Shown here: piece by piece, positions 40,601 to 54,482 of the stretch
How the letters are laid out: every line of letters starts with the position of its first letter
Numbering within the stretch: position 1 is the first letter of the stretch
DNA from: Octopus sinensis
Lineage: Eukaryota
Length of the DNA stretch: 64,000 nt
Reading direction: 5' to 3'
Assembly: GCF_006345805.1 (NCBI RefSeq)
Contig: NC_043014.1
Span: 54,932,001 to 54,996,000 of the forward strand
The notes under the pieces: generated by a model
Database searches by the model: none
What the model was told of the DNA's origin: nothing
Seen by the model: the letters and a program-made list of their open reading frames with translations, nothing else
Translations under genes and position numbers: made by a program

Positions 40601-40929
40601 CCCACGAGGGACCCATTGGAAATCTCTGACGGACATCGCCTTTATTCACTAATTCTGATACAAAACAAAGTAAAATAAACAAATCAAGCTCATACAGGAT
40701 CTCAAAGTTTGGGGTTTCGTCCTGTTTGAAACTGGTCCTGATGAGTCAGAGAAGAAAGGACATCTCCCGTTGTCTTTTCCACCCCCTCCGAAAAACAGCC
40801 AAAGCCCCGGCGGTGCTGTTGAACCGAGCAGCGGATGAAATCTCACACCCTTAGACCAGAAACGAAGCCTTCAACAGGCTTCCACACAGTTTCCCCTCAG
40901 CTGAATTTCACTCACAAGGAATTTGATAG

Positions 40930-41245
40930 ACTTGAGATGTACAAAACTCAACGAGACGGAGCCGTGAAAATTGAAAAGGAAAAACGCTTCAGTTATGAAT
41001 ACAAAATCGCGGCAAACGCCAGTAGCAATCCAAAAAGCTTCTTTGCCCATGTCCAGCGGAATTCCCATTTGAACAACCAAATTGCAACGTTGGTAGACTC
41101 AACAGGCGTATCGATTGAGGACCCTTATCAACAGAGTCAATTATTTGCCGAGGCTTTTTCAACTATTTTCAAACAAGATGATGGTCGTGAACCCCTTCCA
41201 TTTGATAGATCGGTACCTCCAATGCTTCGATTGGTCATCACTTGA
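40930..41245 (+). mobile_element. CR1/L2-type LINE ORF2 fragment (endonuclease-RT linker)
   Basis: YEYKIAANASSNPKSFFAHVQR...QLFAEAFSTIF fits the NPKxFxxYV linker motif. Confidence 0.75.
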
Positions 41246-41599
41246 GCTAGGTGCCCCGTAGCAGGATTGAACCTGAAACAGCATTGCTTGCAAGTGAACT
41301 CCTCAAGCAGACGGCTAACACCAGGCCTGGGAATATATGAAGCCAGAGACCCATTAAGGTTTATGTATATTTTATGTTTTTGCTGCGGCGGTGAGCGACG
41401 CATCGTAGGAGCTTTCAAATGACGCAATTAAGAGGAACAATGGCGAGTGGGCGACTTGCCACCTTCCGACTCACATTGCTGTTGGAGTAATGTCTGTGAA
41501 AACGAGAAAATTAATATTCCTTCCTCTCCGATTTCTCTCTTTTGTTGGTTTCCTCCATAAACTGATTGCTGTTGTTGTTGTTGCTGTTACAGAGAGAGG

Positions 41600-41660
<61 letters not shown>

Positions 41661-42299
41661 GGATTGGCGCATTGCCTGCTGGGAAAGTTGAATCGATCAA
41701 TGACATGGTCTGAATTGAGAACAGACGAAGTCCTGAATAACAAAACCGACAAGTGGGCCTCTAAGAGGTCGCTCGCTTTGCTAGAAATATCAGTCAATTC
41801 TGCTTCAAATTATACACATCACTGTTTTTTTAAGGAGAAAGGACACACAAGAAGCCTGTAGTCATAAATATATAAGATACGACACAAACATAAGTGGAGT
41901 GACTTTGATCATGAGTCTACCTGATCAGGGCTGACCCGGGGCTAAACAACAACAGTAGCAACTTGCTATACTAGAAACAACAGCAAAATCCCCCACGCAA
42001 CTATCTTTGAGAAAAGGGAAGGACATATTGAAAAGATGCAGTTTTGGGATAAACTAAGTTTGAATAGCAGATGGTATGGTCACGGATGGAAGGCATTAGA
42101 CTATATACTAATTCAGTCAGAAGTTAACTAGGCCTGAGCAACAACTATTTCTAAAAACAAAACTCAAATCGTTCGATGAAGCGTTCAGTTTCGATTTAAC
42201 TTACTCTGACACTCTCCGAACAAATCCAATGTTATTCACCTTTTCAAAACCTTAAACCCACCACATTTATTTATTTAAATTCACGATTTTCTTATACTC

Positions 42300-42676
42300 T
42301 CTATATAAAAAGCTGGAGTTGTCTGTGTGTGGCAGGTTTGGTAGCCTTCAACTAACACTCTCTCCTCCGAGACGCTGTGGCGCAAGTTGACCAAAGTTGA
42401 GAGTATGATAGAAGAAGGCTTGCTCTTCATTCCGTAGAAGAAAAAAATTCAAATCGGACCATGTTAAGACTAAAAATTGTTTACATCAAAAAGGTGCTTT
42501 GTTTTTCTATGAAAATCCCGATTTTTTACGATATTTTGACTGCCGTCTCGCCATTTTCCGGTGTATTTCAACCAGAAAAATGTTCCCTTAAAGAGAATAA
42601 CAAGCTACATGAGGCAAAATTTTTACTTTTCTAAAGGGTCGAAACAAACCTGAGCAACGCCGGGCGAAACTGCTAG
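42300..42676 (+). mobile_element. Non-autonomous Helitron-like element
   Basis: 5' tctatataaaa; subterminal hairpin cctgagcaacgccggg; 3' CTAG followed by T. Confidence 0.65.
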
Positions 42677-42940
42677 TTTACGCTAAATACATACCTGTCC
42701 TTGCTTGTGTTGACGGCATCGTGCATGCATCGTTTTACATCGATTTCTGATTTCGTACTTTTTATTTCCTAATAATGTCCATGGCTGGATTGAAGCCAAT
42801 CGATTATGCTCCGACCAAACAATGGTACTTACTTGACCATTCTATTGTCTAATTGAAGACAGATTAAAGACGTGTGCTGAATGTGAAATAATAGATTTTC
42901 AAACTTCAGGTCGGTAGAGCGACATTGAATGACAGTTATA

Positions 42941-43262
42941 TGCTTACCAACCACATGGTTCCGGGTTCAGTCCCACTGCATGGCACCTTGGGCAAGTGTA
43001 TTCTACTATAGCCTCGGGCCGACCAAAGCCTTGTGAGTGGATTTGGTAGACGGAAACTGAAAGAAGCCCGTCGTATATATGTATATGTGTACTTGTCCTC
43101 CAATATCGCTTGACAACCAATGGTGATGTGTTTACATCCCTGTAACGTAGCGGTTCGGCAAAAGAGACCCATAGAATAAGTCCTGGGGTCGATTTGTTCA
43201 ACTAAAGGCGGTGCTCCAGCATGGCTGCAGTCAAATGACTGAAACACGTAAAAGACTAAAGG
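42941..43262 (+). mobile_element. SINE family A, 5'-truncated
   Basis: Matches the family consensus. Confidence 0.85.
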
Positions 43263-43496
43263 ACAATGGCAGAGAAAAGCACACGGTGTTTAGACTAAAC
43301 ATAAATAAACGACCAGCGGTTTATAAAGACGAGCTTGGAGGAGGTCGGGGGGAAAACCAAACATATGGAGATAGATTTACATGAAATGTCTTTCGGCTCA
43401 GCGAGAAAATTAAAATAAGTTGTGCGAACGAACCTTAATAGGAAAGATAATAATATGCCCTGGGAAAAATATGCAGAATATAAATATATATAATAT

Positions 43497-43527
<31 letters not shown>

Positions 43528-43902
43528 TACTCTTTTACCTGTTTCAGTCATTTGACTGCGGCCATGCCGGAGCACCGCCTTTAATCGAGCAACTCGACTC
43601 CGGGACTTATTCTTTGTAAGCCCAGTACTTATTCTATCGGTCTCTTTTGCCGAACCGCTAAGTGACGGGGACGTAAACACGCCACCATCGGTTGTCAAGC
43701 AATGCTAGGGGGACAAACACAGACACACAAACACACACACATACATATATATATACATATATACGACGGGCTTCTTTCAGTTTCCGTCTACCAAATCCAC
43801 TCAGAAGGCTTTGGTGGGCCTGAGGCTATAGTAGAAGACACTTGCCCAAGATGCCACGCAGTGGGACTGAACCCGAAACCATGTGGTTGGTAAACAAGCT
43901 AC

Positions 43903-43934
<32 letters not shown>

Positions 43935-44150
43935 ATATGTATGTATATGTTTGTGTGTCTGTGTTTGTTCCCCCAACATCGCTTGACAACCGACGCTGGT
44001 GTGCTTACGTCCCCGTCACTTAACGCTTCGGCAAGAAGCGACCGATAGAATAAGTACTAGGATTACAAAAATAAGTCCTGGGGGCGATTTGCTCGACTAA
44101 AGGCGGTGCTCCAGCATGGCCGCAGTCAAATGACTGAAACAAATAAAAGG
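43528..44150. mobile_element. Two SINE A copies in inverted orientation (43528-43900 minus; 43930-44150 plus, 3' half)
   Basis: Complementary family sequence on either side of a (TA)n spacer. Confidence 0.85.
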
Positions 44151-44634
44151 ATATATTATAGCATATTACAGCCATCATACATTTAAACTATATATTACAG
44201 CATGTATCACAACTAACATTTATTTCAACTACTGCAGAAAATAAAAATAAATAGATAAAACGACTCGGAGTAGGAATGCAATACCGACTGCGTAATTTAT
44301 ATATTTAATGTCACGAAGAATGTCACGACCAATTTTGAATAACTTTCCATATAAATAAATGATCCAAAAATTTACAGAGGCCTAGAAATGACGAATGGTT
44401 TTACTTTTTCTAACGAACAATTCTTCTTCCAGTATTTAATAAACTGTCACACCCTGCAAAACATTGGGTAGAAATCCACAGACTTCATAATCAGGACCGG
44501 ATTTAAACCATGGGAGGCCCGGGGCACTTCAAGTTCGGTGGGTCCCTTATACACAAGAATTAAAATCTGAAAAAATTACCAAATTTAAATCTCAAAATCC
44601 ATCTCTATTTCATGTAACTGAATTTGATGAGTTA

Positions 44635-45008
44635 CTCTTTTACTTGTTTCAGTCATTTGACTGCGGCCATGCTGGAGCACCGCCTTTAGTCGAGAAAATC
44701 GACCCCAGGACTTATTCTTTGTAAGCCCAGTACTTATTCTATCGGTCTCTTTTGCCGAACCGCTAAGTGACGGGAACGTAAACACACCAGCATCGGTTGT
44801 CAAGCAATGCTAGAGGGACAAACACAGACACATATATATATATATACGACAGGCTTCTTTCAGTTTCCGTCTACTAAAGCCACTCACAAGGCTTTGGTTG
44901 GCCCGAGGCTAAAGCAGAAGACACTTGCCCAAGATTCCACGCAGTGGGACTGAACCCGGAACCATGTGGTTGGTTAGCAAGCTACTTACCACACAGCCAC
45001 TCCCGCGC
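44635..45008 (-). mobile_element. SINE family A
   Basis: Matches the family consensus. Confidence 0.9.
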
Positions 45009-45231
45009 AGAGAAATATATGACTGAAAATGTCGCTTTATGGATACACTTTTTTCAAAATTCAGTTTTCGTTTTCCACACATCCATTTGTGGTGTTTGAC
45101 TTTTCCTTCATTATGAAAAGTACAATGAAGGCAGGAAGAGCGCAGGAAGATTTTTTTTTTCTTCTTTTAATGCGATTTACAAAGGTTTCAGAATGTGAAA
45201 TAAGATAAAACGACAGAAAATTACGAAAAAG

Positions 45232-45503
45232 GGACCTCTTCACTTTGACCGGTAGATTTTTAAAATAATTTCTTTGTAACTAAACAAATATTGTATTCAC
45301 CTCAATAGACGTCATTGATTGGTTGAAATTGCCGAAATGCAAGAAATTAAACCACAAATAGCTTACAAACTACAGAATTTTCTCAAGAAAGCCAAGAGAA
45401 AAAGATGTTTTATGTAACACATTCTACCAGTATACGAAGTTCAAAAGTGTTTAGTTACAAAGAAATTATTTAAAAAAATCTGCCGGTCAAAGTGAAAAGA
45501 TCC
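45232..45503. mobile_element. Merlin-like MITE, 272 bp
   Basis: Inverted termini ggacctcttcactttgaccgg / ccggtcaaagtgaaaagatcc; TSD cgaaaaag / cggaaaag. Confidence 0.75.
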
Positions 45504-48358
45504 CGGAAAAGGAAAAAAATCATTTTTGTGGTTGTTGCTGGTATCTTGAAAGAGAGCCTCTTCATGCCGGGTTGCTGGGATTTGGGAGGGCCTTCCTGTA
45601 TTGAGTGCGATATACCCTTCGTAGCAGGGGGCTCCCAGTATCTCTTAGATGCCCGAGGCAATTGCTCCCTCTGCCCCCTATAAAACCTGCCCAACGCATA
45701 ATGCGTTGTAAGTTTTGTCGTTTGTGACGTCAGTATGTTTATGTGTAAGCTGGGCGGTGTATTACAGCTGGTGTTGTTTAACCTCAATTCAGACCTCATC
45801 GAACTAACACATGATCAGTGTTATCCAAACCGTGACCAATGTCGTGACGAATAACTTTCCATATAAATAAATGATCCAAAAATTTACAGAGGCCTAGAAA
45901 TGACGAATGGTTTTACTAGACACAATAAATCTTGCGCCACATTATGTTAATTTCTATGACGTACTGAGAGATTTTTTTTTCGCCAGTATATCCAATACTG
46001 ATAGACTTTACCTACCGACCAGTTTAACACGTCCTTGGGCACCTTTCTGCCGAAAACCTTTTAGTGAAAGCTTTCAGGCCTTGTCACCGGCAACGTTTTT
46101 CTTTTCACTAGTTTCAAAGACCCTGTAAGCTCTTCGAAATGCTGATCTTCCTCAGTTGACGAAGCCATGTAAGAAACATAACTATAATGGGCAAGCAACA
46201 GTGAAATGATTAAATTCAGTTTGACTCGTTCATTGAAGCTATTTTTCATCCACCATAGCAAACTATATCCAGCTTGTTGAGAATATGTCACAAAATCATA
46301 AACGTTGTGGCTCAGAGCTACTGTACTGAGTTATTCAAAGAGTGTAACGAATATTGTATTGTAATGCTAATGAACGCGGCGAACAAAAGATTAAAAGAAG
46401 GTTAAGAATACATCCTTATGTAGCTACAAAGACACAAATTAGTAAAGGAGTGTTCTAATGTATTAAAAAAGACTATACTAGTGGTTTCGAACTTTTATGT
46501 AAATGAGTTTTCCCACGGACCCTAGGATATTGAAAGGCCTGTCAGCTTAACATGTTCACGGACCCCCAATACTACTACCTTTGCGAACCACCAAGGGCCG
46601 TGGGCCACAGGTTGGGAACTCCTGAACTTATACACTGGGTAGACTTAATCAATGGCCTTGACCTACGATACAAAACGGAAATGACGTAATTGCCGCGAGT
46701 TGAAATGACACAGCGGCCGACAGAGACAATTACAGGTGTTACAATACAACTATTTTCAAGGTTTCTGGCATTACTTACTCGGGGGTGACTCCCAAGGTAA
46801 ATTTGACTGACTTAATCCGTCGTTTCATTGTCTATTTTATAAATATAAAACATAATACATCAGAATTCTGGGATTCTAATATTCAGAAAATTTTCACCTT
46901 TAGGCTCAATGTATGTAAGTGTATGTGTGTATTCATGCGTGACACACACATACATATGTGTGTGTGTGTGTGTTATATAGACAAACATCGCACTGAATAT
47001 AGTATTTTATGAAGTTACGAAGCTTATAAGACACGATCAATTTTTTTGAAAAATGGCCGAGAAACGCAGCTCATGCTTTATATAAACTGGAGGTCAGGGT
47101 TTTGGCCATGGGCAAATGGTGGCTCAAGCGGTGAAAGTGATTGTCTAGTGATCAGGGTGACTGGGCACTCGATCAGTGGGTCCTGGGTTCGATTTTTGGA
47201 TCAAGCAGGAGGAGTAAAGCACATTATTTCACTCAAAAATGTGTGTACTTGGGGATTGGGGCCTATATTCTTAGCTTTGAAAACCCAGATAAATTCCAAA
47301 CAAAATTAAGGTGCATCAAATAGCGACTGTGGTCGCTTGTCTTGTTGTCTTGCTAGAAATACCAGTGAAATCTCCCTCAAACGACACCGTCTTAAAAAAA
47401 AATGAATACACGGGGTAACCTAGTCGTCGATGCTCCTAAAAAGACAGAGTGGTCATGCTCGGAATGACTTTGATCACAAGTCTTCTGACTCAGGACCTAA
47501 AGAAGATGAGCCAACGATGACCTCTAAGTGGTCAGTCGATTTGCTGGAAACAGTAGTGAAATTTCTTTCAAATTACACCGATCCGTCTTTAGAAAAAAAA
47601 AAGGGGGGGGGGAGATACTTTGGATGAGGGACTCCGGCGAACAATATTGCCTTAAAAAAAAAGAAAAAAACAACAACAGATGGTCACGTTTGGGATAACT
47701 TTGACCACGAGCCTACTCGTGCAATGATGACCCAAGAAGGGATTAAATTCAGTTGGGGGAAGGGATGGGGGGGGGCTGAATAGAGAATTTAGTTCGGCGA
47801 TTAACTGTTTTTGCCTTCCATCGCTTTGGTAATAAAGTGTGTGTGTGTGTATACATTTATATATCTGTCAAGATGAAGCAATTATCACACACACACATAT
47901 ATATATATATATAGTTACATAATATATTGTGTATTATGTAATTACACAATAGGCATTATATGTATATTATTATGTAATAATTTATATGTGTATGCATAAG
48001 CACACGTGTGTGTGTGTGTGTAGAGGATTGACTGGCCTAACGAAAGTTGCACTCAACATATTGAGTAGGAGTAGCACCTATTTTTCAATGTTTGACTCAG
48101 TTCCGTAATGGCTTTATGGGTGCGTCCTATACACACTCACCCTCATTGTAGGAGGCAGACAGCGCTTGGCAGGGCCTCCCACACTGTAAATAGTGGGAAG
48201 AAGGAAGGAAGTCTTAGAGGGCATCTTCGCAACAAGAGGCAGGTGAAGCTGTTAAAATAAATGAAAGACGAAGTGTACCATTCGCAAATGTTACATGGTC
48301 GCTCCAACTTTTAGAAATAGCAGCCAAACTGCTCTCGAATCACACACAGTGGTTAGTG

Positions 48359-48541
48359 GGATCTTTTGACCGGCAGATTTTTAAAATAATTTCCACGTAG
48401 CTAAACACTTTTAAACTTCGTTTACTGGTAGAATGTGTTTATAAAACATCTTTTTCTCTTGGCTTTCTTGAGAAAATTCTGTAGTTTGTAAGCTATTTGT
48501 TGCTAAATTTCTTGCATTTCGGCAATTTCAACCAAAGATCC
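48359..48541. mobile_element. Internally deleted copy of the same Merlin-like family
   Basis: ggatc...gatcc termini; ggttagtg recurs on both flanks (offset by 2 nt on the right). Confidence 0.65.
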
Positions 48542-49359
48542 GGGGTTAGTGTCTTACGAAAAGTGAAAGGTCACAGTCGTAGATGTACTTTAGATAAATA
48601 TTTCAGAAAATATTTTTTACCTAAGGCGGGATGGTCATAATTGGAATAATTTTTTATAATAGAAATGCTCGATCAGGTTTGTCTTAGGGTTAAACAACAA
48701 CTGTGAATAAATACAAGATTACTTAAGGATGTTGTAGTCGAATTAAATTATATTTAGTGAATATAATTGCTGTAGGTAAAGGCGACCTCGGCGGGCAAGT
48801 GACATCGCTAAAAATATCAGGAGAAAATATAAGGATTAAATTGAAGTTCACACGATGCAGCCTGGTTTTCAAAATGTTTAAAAAGGTCTAAAAGTACCAT
48901 CGCAAAGTGTTTGATTTTATGTTTAAACGATTTTGCCACCCACTTATATCTTGCTACAAAGATATTGATAAGAAATATGTTCTAACATCGGAATAATGCC
49001 ACATGGTCGATCAATACTCAGCTGGTAAATTATTTCAGAGACACCGGGAAATAAAAAAAAGCAGACAGCGATCTGAACCCAGAACATGAACAGCCAATAA
49101 TAATAATAAATACATTCTGTCCAACGCACAAGCAATTTTGTAAATCCACGCCCGGTTGGTAATGACTAAGAATTCTAAAATTAATCGAGCGACATGGACT
49201 TATTCTTTTTACGTTTATGGTGATGTAAGCGGCTCAAGGTGAAAACGATAATGAAAAGCGCGCGGATTTGTGCGTGACTGGTTTGATGACGACTTCCGGG
49301 ATTCTGCACAATTCTCCGTCTTCTGCATCAGCTGAGCATCAAAATATTGCGCCATAGAT

Positions 49360-49820
49360 ATTAACATATATATAAAATTTATTATATATATATATATATA
49401 TAAATTTATATTATATATATATAAATTTATATAATATATATATAATATATATAAAATTTATTATATATATATTTATATAATATATATATATATATATTTA
49501 TATAAATTTATATAATATATATATATATATATTATATAATATATATATATAATTTATATAATATATATAATATATATTATATATATATTTATATAATATA
49601 TATATATATTTATATAAATTTATATAATATATATGTATATAATTTATATAATATATAATATATATATTATATATATATATAAATTTATATAATATATATA
49701 TATATAAATTTATGATATATACACATATAAATATATATGTAAATTTATATAATATACATAAATTTACATAATATATATATATACATATACAAACACACAA
49801 AATTATACATAAATTATACA
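49360..49820. repeat. Degenerate (TA)n / AT-only low-complexity tract
   Basis: Seen directly. Confidence 0.95.
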
Positions 49821-50235
49821 TTTGCGTGTGTTATATTGCACAATGAATATCCTTGATTCTGAAATACTTGCCAAAAATTGTAGAATTATGTGAGTGTTAT
49901 AATGATATTGCACAACCAATGATTTCATTGGAAGGTACAAAAGATTAGACATAAACACACACACACACAAAAGAAGGTTTTGTCCTCATGAAAAGATGTA
50001 CGCAGAAACGTTGCACTTAGATGCAGCTAAATTCTCCAACTTTTCTTCCTCACGTATTGCACAATCAAAACATCAATGGTGTAATATAACAAACATATGT
50101 GTTTATGTGTATGTGGGGGGGAGGTTGTATCTGTTGGGTGTTGACTGTCAAAAAAGACAAAAAGAGGACTCGATACCACAACAGAGAATAATGTTTCATT
50201 TTAGTTGAGTCACTCTCTTGTTATTCTGCAGTTTA

Positions 50236-50500
50236 CCTGTGAAAATCATCATCATCATCATCGTTTAACGTCCGTTTTCCATGCTAGCATGGGTTGGATA
50301 GTTCGACCGGGGTCTGGGAAGCCAGAAGGCTGCACCAGGCTCCAGTCTGATCTGGAAGTGTGTCTACAGCTGGATGCCCTTCCTAACGCCAACCACTCCG
50401 TGAGTGTAGTGGGTCCTTTATACATGCCACAGGCACAGGTGCCAGGGGAGGCTGGCAAGGGTCATGATCAGTTGGGGCTTTTTACGTGCCACCGGCCAAG
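50236..50500 (-). mobile_element. SINE family C with (GAT)n tail; other copies at about 25730, 50860, 52640, 55552, 60118, 63808
   Basis: catcatcatcgtttaacgtccg...ggatgcccttcctaacgccaacc block recurs. Confidence 0.8.
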
Positions 50501-53049
50501 AATAAAAGAAACAACAACAGTTAATGGAGATATGTTTTAAGAAGTCTGGAAACTCTAAGTTCGTTTTCACCAAATGGTGTATCGAACAGAATTCAGTTAT
50601 ACACCAGAGGAGAGTGTAACGTTTGTGGTGTACTTCAGAAAGTATGAAGAATCGCAAAAGACTGACTCAACCCAAATAAAATGTATACGGACATGACTGT
50701 GTGGTAAAGAATGTTCACTTTCTGACAACTGGTTTCAGGTTCAATTCCTTTGTGTGGTACCTCGGTGGGCAAGTTGCCTTCTGACTATAGCCCCAGGACA
50801 TCTAAAGCCTTGTGAGTTGACAGAAACTGAAAGAAACTCATGAAATATGTGTGTGTATGTCATCATCATCACCCTTAAACGTCTGTTTCCATGCAGGCAT
50901 GGGTTGGATGGGTGACAGGTTCCAGTTGTCTGCTTTGGCAGAGCTCCTGCAGCTGCATGCTCTTTCTAGTGCCAACAACTTTGGCAGAGTGTATTTGGTG
51001 CTTATTACGTGGCACCAGCACATTCTGTGTGTGTGTTAAGGCATCAATACCAATGTGGGTTCTTAGGACTATTGTTGAATCCTTTACTTGGGTGTAAAAT
51101 TTGTTAAATGGAAACAATGAATGCATACATACATACCTCCATCCATCCCTTCACTTATACATACACACACATGTATATATTAATTTTATGTGTGTATAAA
51201 CAGGAGAGCTGCACCAGGAGCCAAAGCAGACAAAAGTGGAGTCTGGTACAGCACTCCTGCTTGCCAGATCCTATCAAACTGTCCGACCCATGCCTGCATG
51301 GAAAGTGGACCAAAATCTTGACACTGGATTTGGAAGATATAAAAAGACCATCATACACATACTTATGTATGTATATATATATATACATATGCGCTTGGCT
51401 TAGATTTTCCTTTGGGGCTGGTCAGGTCGGAGCAATCTCAAGATTAATCAGCCGAAATTGCGAGGATGATCCGGTTCTTGACTGAAGATTGAAGGCTTCG
51501 AATGTCCCGTCTGTGTTTTTTGTATCGTCTTCTAAATGTTTTGTGTTCTTGTCCCAGTTTGTGTTTTTTTACATATACATATATATATATATGTATATAT
51601 ATGCATGTATGTTTGTGTGTTCTTGGCTTGACATCAAATAATGTAAATGAATGTAATTTATTTACAATATTCAGTGGAACATGTCTGAATTGGGGGGAAA
51701 TATTTCCTTACTAGGAAACAGGTAAGAGTTGGAGACAGGAAGGGCATCCAGCCGTAGAAATTTCTGCCTGAACAAACTTTAATTCCCTCCAAGAACAGAG
51801 AAGAGAACGTTGAAACAACGATGATGATGGCGACGGAGGAGGGAGAGAGTAGAATGGCGTTAATGACCAAAGTAGGGGAGACAACCCCATCATTAGAATT
51901 GAGACGAGACACTTCAGCGGGAAGTAAATCTGTTTCCGATTCGTCTGAAGACAATGTTCGGGTCATAGGAGTTCTTTACCAAAGTGTAGTGTTGACCATT
52001 CCTAACAGGCAACGATGGCTCGAGGCAGATAAGAATTGGAATTATTTTTTTTCTTTGGATAAGACGACTGTGTGGTGTAGTTGACAGCTGGATAAGCACA
52101 GGACTGAAAATTATATTTTCATTTGTTTTTCCTTGCCTGCCTGGGTTAGAGGAGTGCATTTTTGTACAGCTGGATGCTCTTCCTGTCCTTAACCCGTACC
52201 TGTTTTTCAAGTTAGGGATATCTTATTTCGCATATCTTCAAAGGCGCAAATGTAAACATACCAACGTGGGTTTACATTTTCACACCTCAACACCCCCAGC
52301 TGAAGGGGTTTTGTCTTGTAAGTGATCTGGTGCTAGTGCCACATAAAAAGCACCCAGTACAATCATAGAAACCATGTCAAAGCAGACAACTGGAGCTTGG
52401 TTCGGCTCCAAACCATACCATACCATACCAGCATAGAAAATGGACATTAAATGATGATGATGGTGATAGTGGTGTATGTGACAGGTTTGTCTCAGTTTCC
52501 TGCCACTATATCCACCCAAAAAGCTTTGGGGCTAAAACACAGGACACTTTGCCCCTAAGGTGCTGTGCATTAGGATTGAACCAGAAACCACATGGTTGAG
52601 AAGTGGTGTTTAAAATTAATATTCTCACTTAGCAATTGTTATTATTTTGTTTTGTTTGTAATATAGCCAGCCTCCCCTGGCACCTGTGCCGGTGGCATGT
52701 AAAAAGCACACTCTACACTCATGGAGTGGTTGGCGTTAGGAAGGGCATCCAGCTGTAGAAACACTGCCAGATCAGACTGGAGCCTGGTGAAGCCTCCTGG
52801 CTTCCCAGACCCCGGTCGAACCATCCAACCATTGCTAGCACAGAAAACGGATGTTAAACGATGATGATGATGAAGTCGTTTGGGTGCAAAAAATATTCCT
52901 TATGTCAGCAGCTCCCTGTAGCATGCTCGGGCAATCTCCCTGTTACTATATACTTTAAAAAAAATGGAAATATATTCACCTTAACGATGTCATTAAAAGT
53001 AACAGTGACAGGGTGTAGAGATGAGAGAGAAGGGAGTTCCTCCAGTTGA

Positions 53050-53270
53050 GCTGTTACTTCTCCTCATTAAGAGGTCACAGTTGCAGTATTGGGGGCAGAT
53101 GGTAGGAATGTTGCAGCAAAGAACTGCAAGACAGATTCTTCAAGTTGAGACCAGAGGCAAGAGACCTGGGGTTAGACCAAGAATGGTTGGATAATATCCG
53201 TAGGGTCAGTCGGTCAAGGTTGGGAACCCAGCTGGGAAGCATAATGATGGTTGCTTGAGATGGGGACTTT
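53050..53270 (+). mobile_element. RTE-type LINE ORF2 C-terminal remnant
   Basis: LLLLIKRSQLQYWGQMVGMLQQRTARQILQVETRGKRPGVRPR fits the LRWxGHxxRM...GKRxxGRP motif. Confidence 0.75.
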
Positions 53271-53669
53271 AAAAAGGAGGTGACTGAGGACTCCACCCCC
53301 ACAACTAGTGAGTGGAAAAGATTGCATGGAATTGTTTAAGAGAATTGGAAAAAAAAAAGAAGAAAAAAATACACAGAAGATAGAAAATTTATATTTTAGA
53401 TCTTAATTGGAAAGCATACATTTACTTCCTAATTATTTCGTTAACGAAGTTCACATTTTATTGACAAAAGCATAATGTATGATGTGATGCTACATTTGGT
53501 CAAAAGTTTTATTTCTAGACCCAAGATTCAAAAAATACCAAGAGACCCATGACACGTGAGATGATAAAAAATATGAAAGGTGTAAAAGAAAAAAAAATGA
53601 CAAAATTTTCAAAGGAACTGAATGTTTCCAACTGGATTCCTTTGAAATGTGAAACAAGAACAGAGTCCA

Positions 53670-53950
53670 GTGAGTTTACGTAGAAACGAGATATGTTTAT
53701 GGACAACATTTGAATTGATGGCTTCAGAATCAACAGCTGAATACTCTCCACGACCATTTGTGCCATACTTATATATAATGGTGCAGAGAGCCTCAAACCA
53801 GAAATGTTTAGGGAACAACTGAAGACTTCTTGCAGTTTAAGTGGGGACAAAATAAGCTTGGTGGAACTGATCTCTTTCCAAGCTGTATTCACAAGAATGG
53901 ATGGAATATAGAACTATGAAACAGTCATGAACTTTGCAATAATGCCATCC
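53670..53950 (+). mobile_element. Very degenerate RTE-like RT C-terminal remnant
   Basis: ILSTTICAILIYNGAES resembles LLYGAESW; multiple stops. Confidence 0.35.
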
Positions 53951-54482
53951 GTATTCCCATTTATGATATGTGTCCTTGAAATAATATAAATTAACAGGAA
54001 TTGCGATAAGTTCTTAGTTTAGGAAACTTGAATCAAATGCATGTAACCTCTGCCCTGAGAGTGACAGCTCAAACAAAGAGGGAGATGGGAGGCCCCCGTT
54101 TCAAATCATTGTCCTTCATTAGAAACGTTATATCTTGTCAGTTTGATTAAGTGACAAAACATCCATTCAGCTCAAAGCAATATACAAAAGCCAGACCTCA
54201 AGGATGAAGAAAATAATGTCCGTCTGTGTCGGCAAAAATTATTTAATGAAGTTTGAAAATTTGGATAAGTTGATTTGCCACGAGAAGATGAGAAGACAGG
54301 TGTTTGGAGCCAAACTCTTCATTAGAGAAAGAGAAAACGTTTTTCTTCCTCTTGCTAGGCCCATCATCTTACCACACAAATTCATCAAATCTCCTAAACT
54401 TTTCTAAATATTTTGTATAGATTTGTCTTCTAACGACTCGACATTAGCAAAATGTTTCTTTCTTTTTTTTTTTTAATTTCAA

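Noticed and set aside
46000-46170. MASSTEEDQHFEEL... as a Ginger/integrase-like N-terminus
   Set aside because: Resemblance too weak and frame broken.
48944-49135. Short ORF with a signal-peptide-like stretch (MFWVQIAVCFFLFPG)
   Set aside because: Short, no convincing donor, no homology.
51478-51512. CTGAAGA...CGAA hammerhead-like string
   Set aside because: No helix I complementarity and no intact GAAA.
51658-52084. Overlapping ORFs open on both strands
   Set aside because: Partly SINE C sequence; no recognisable motif or strong splice sites.
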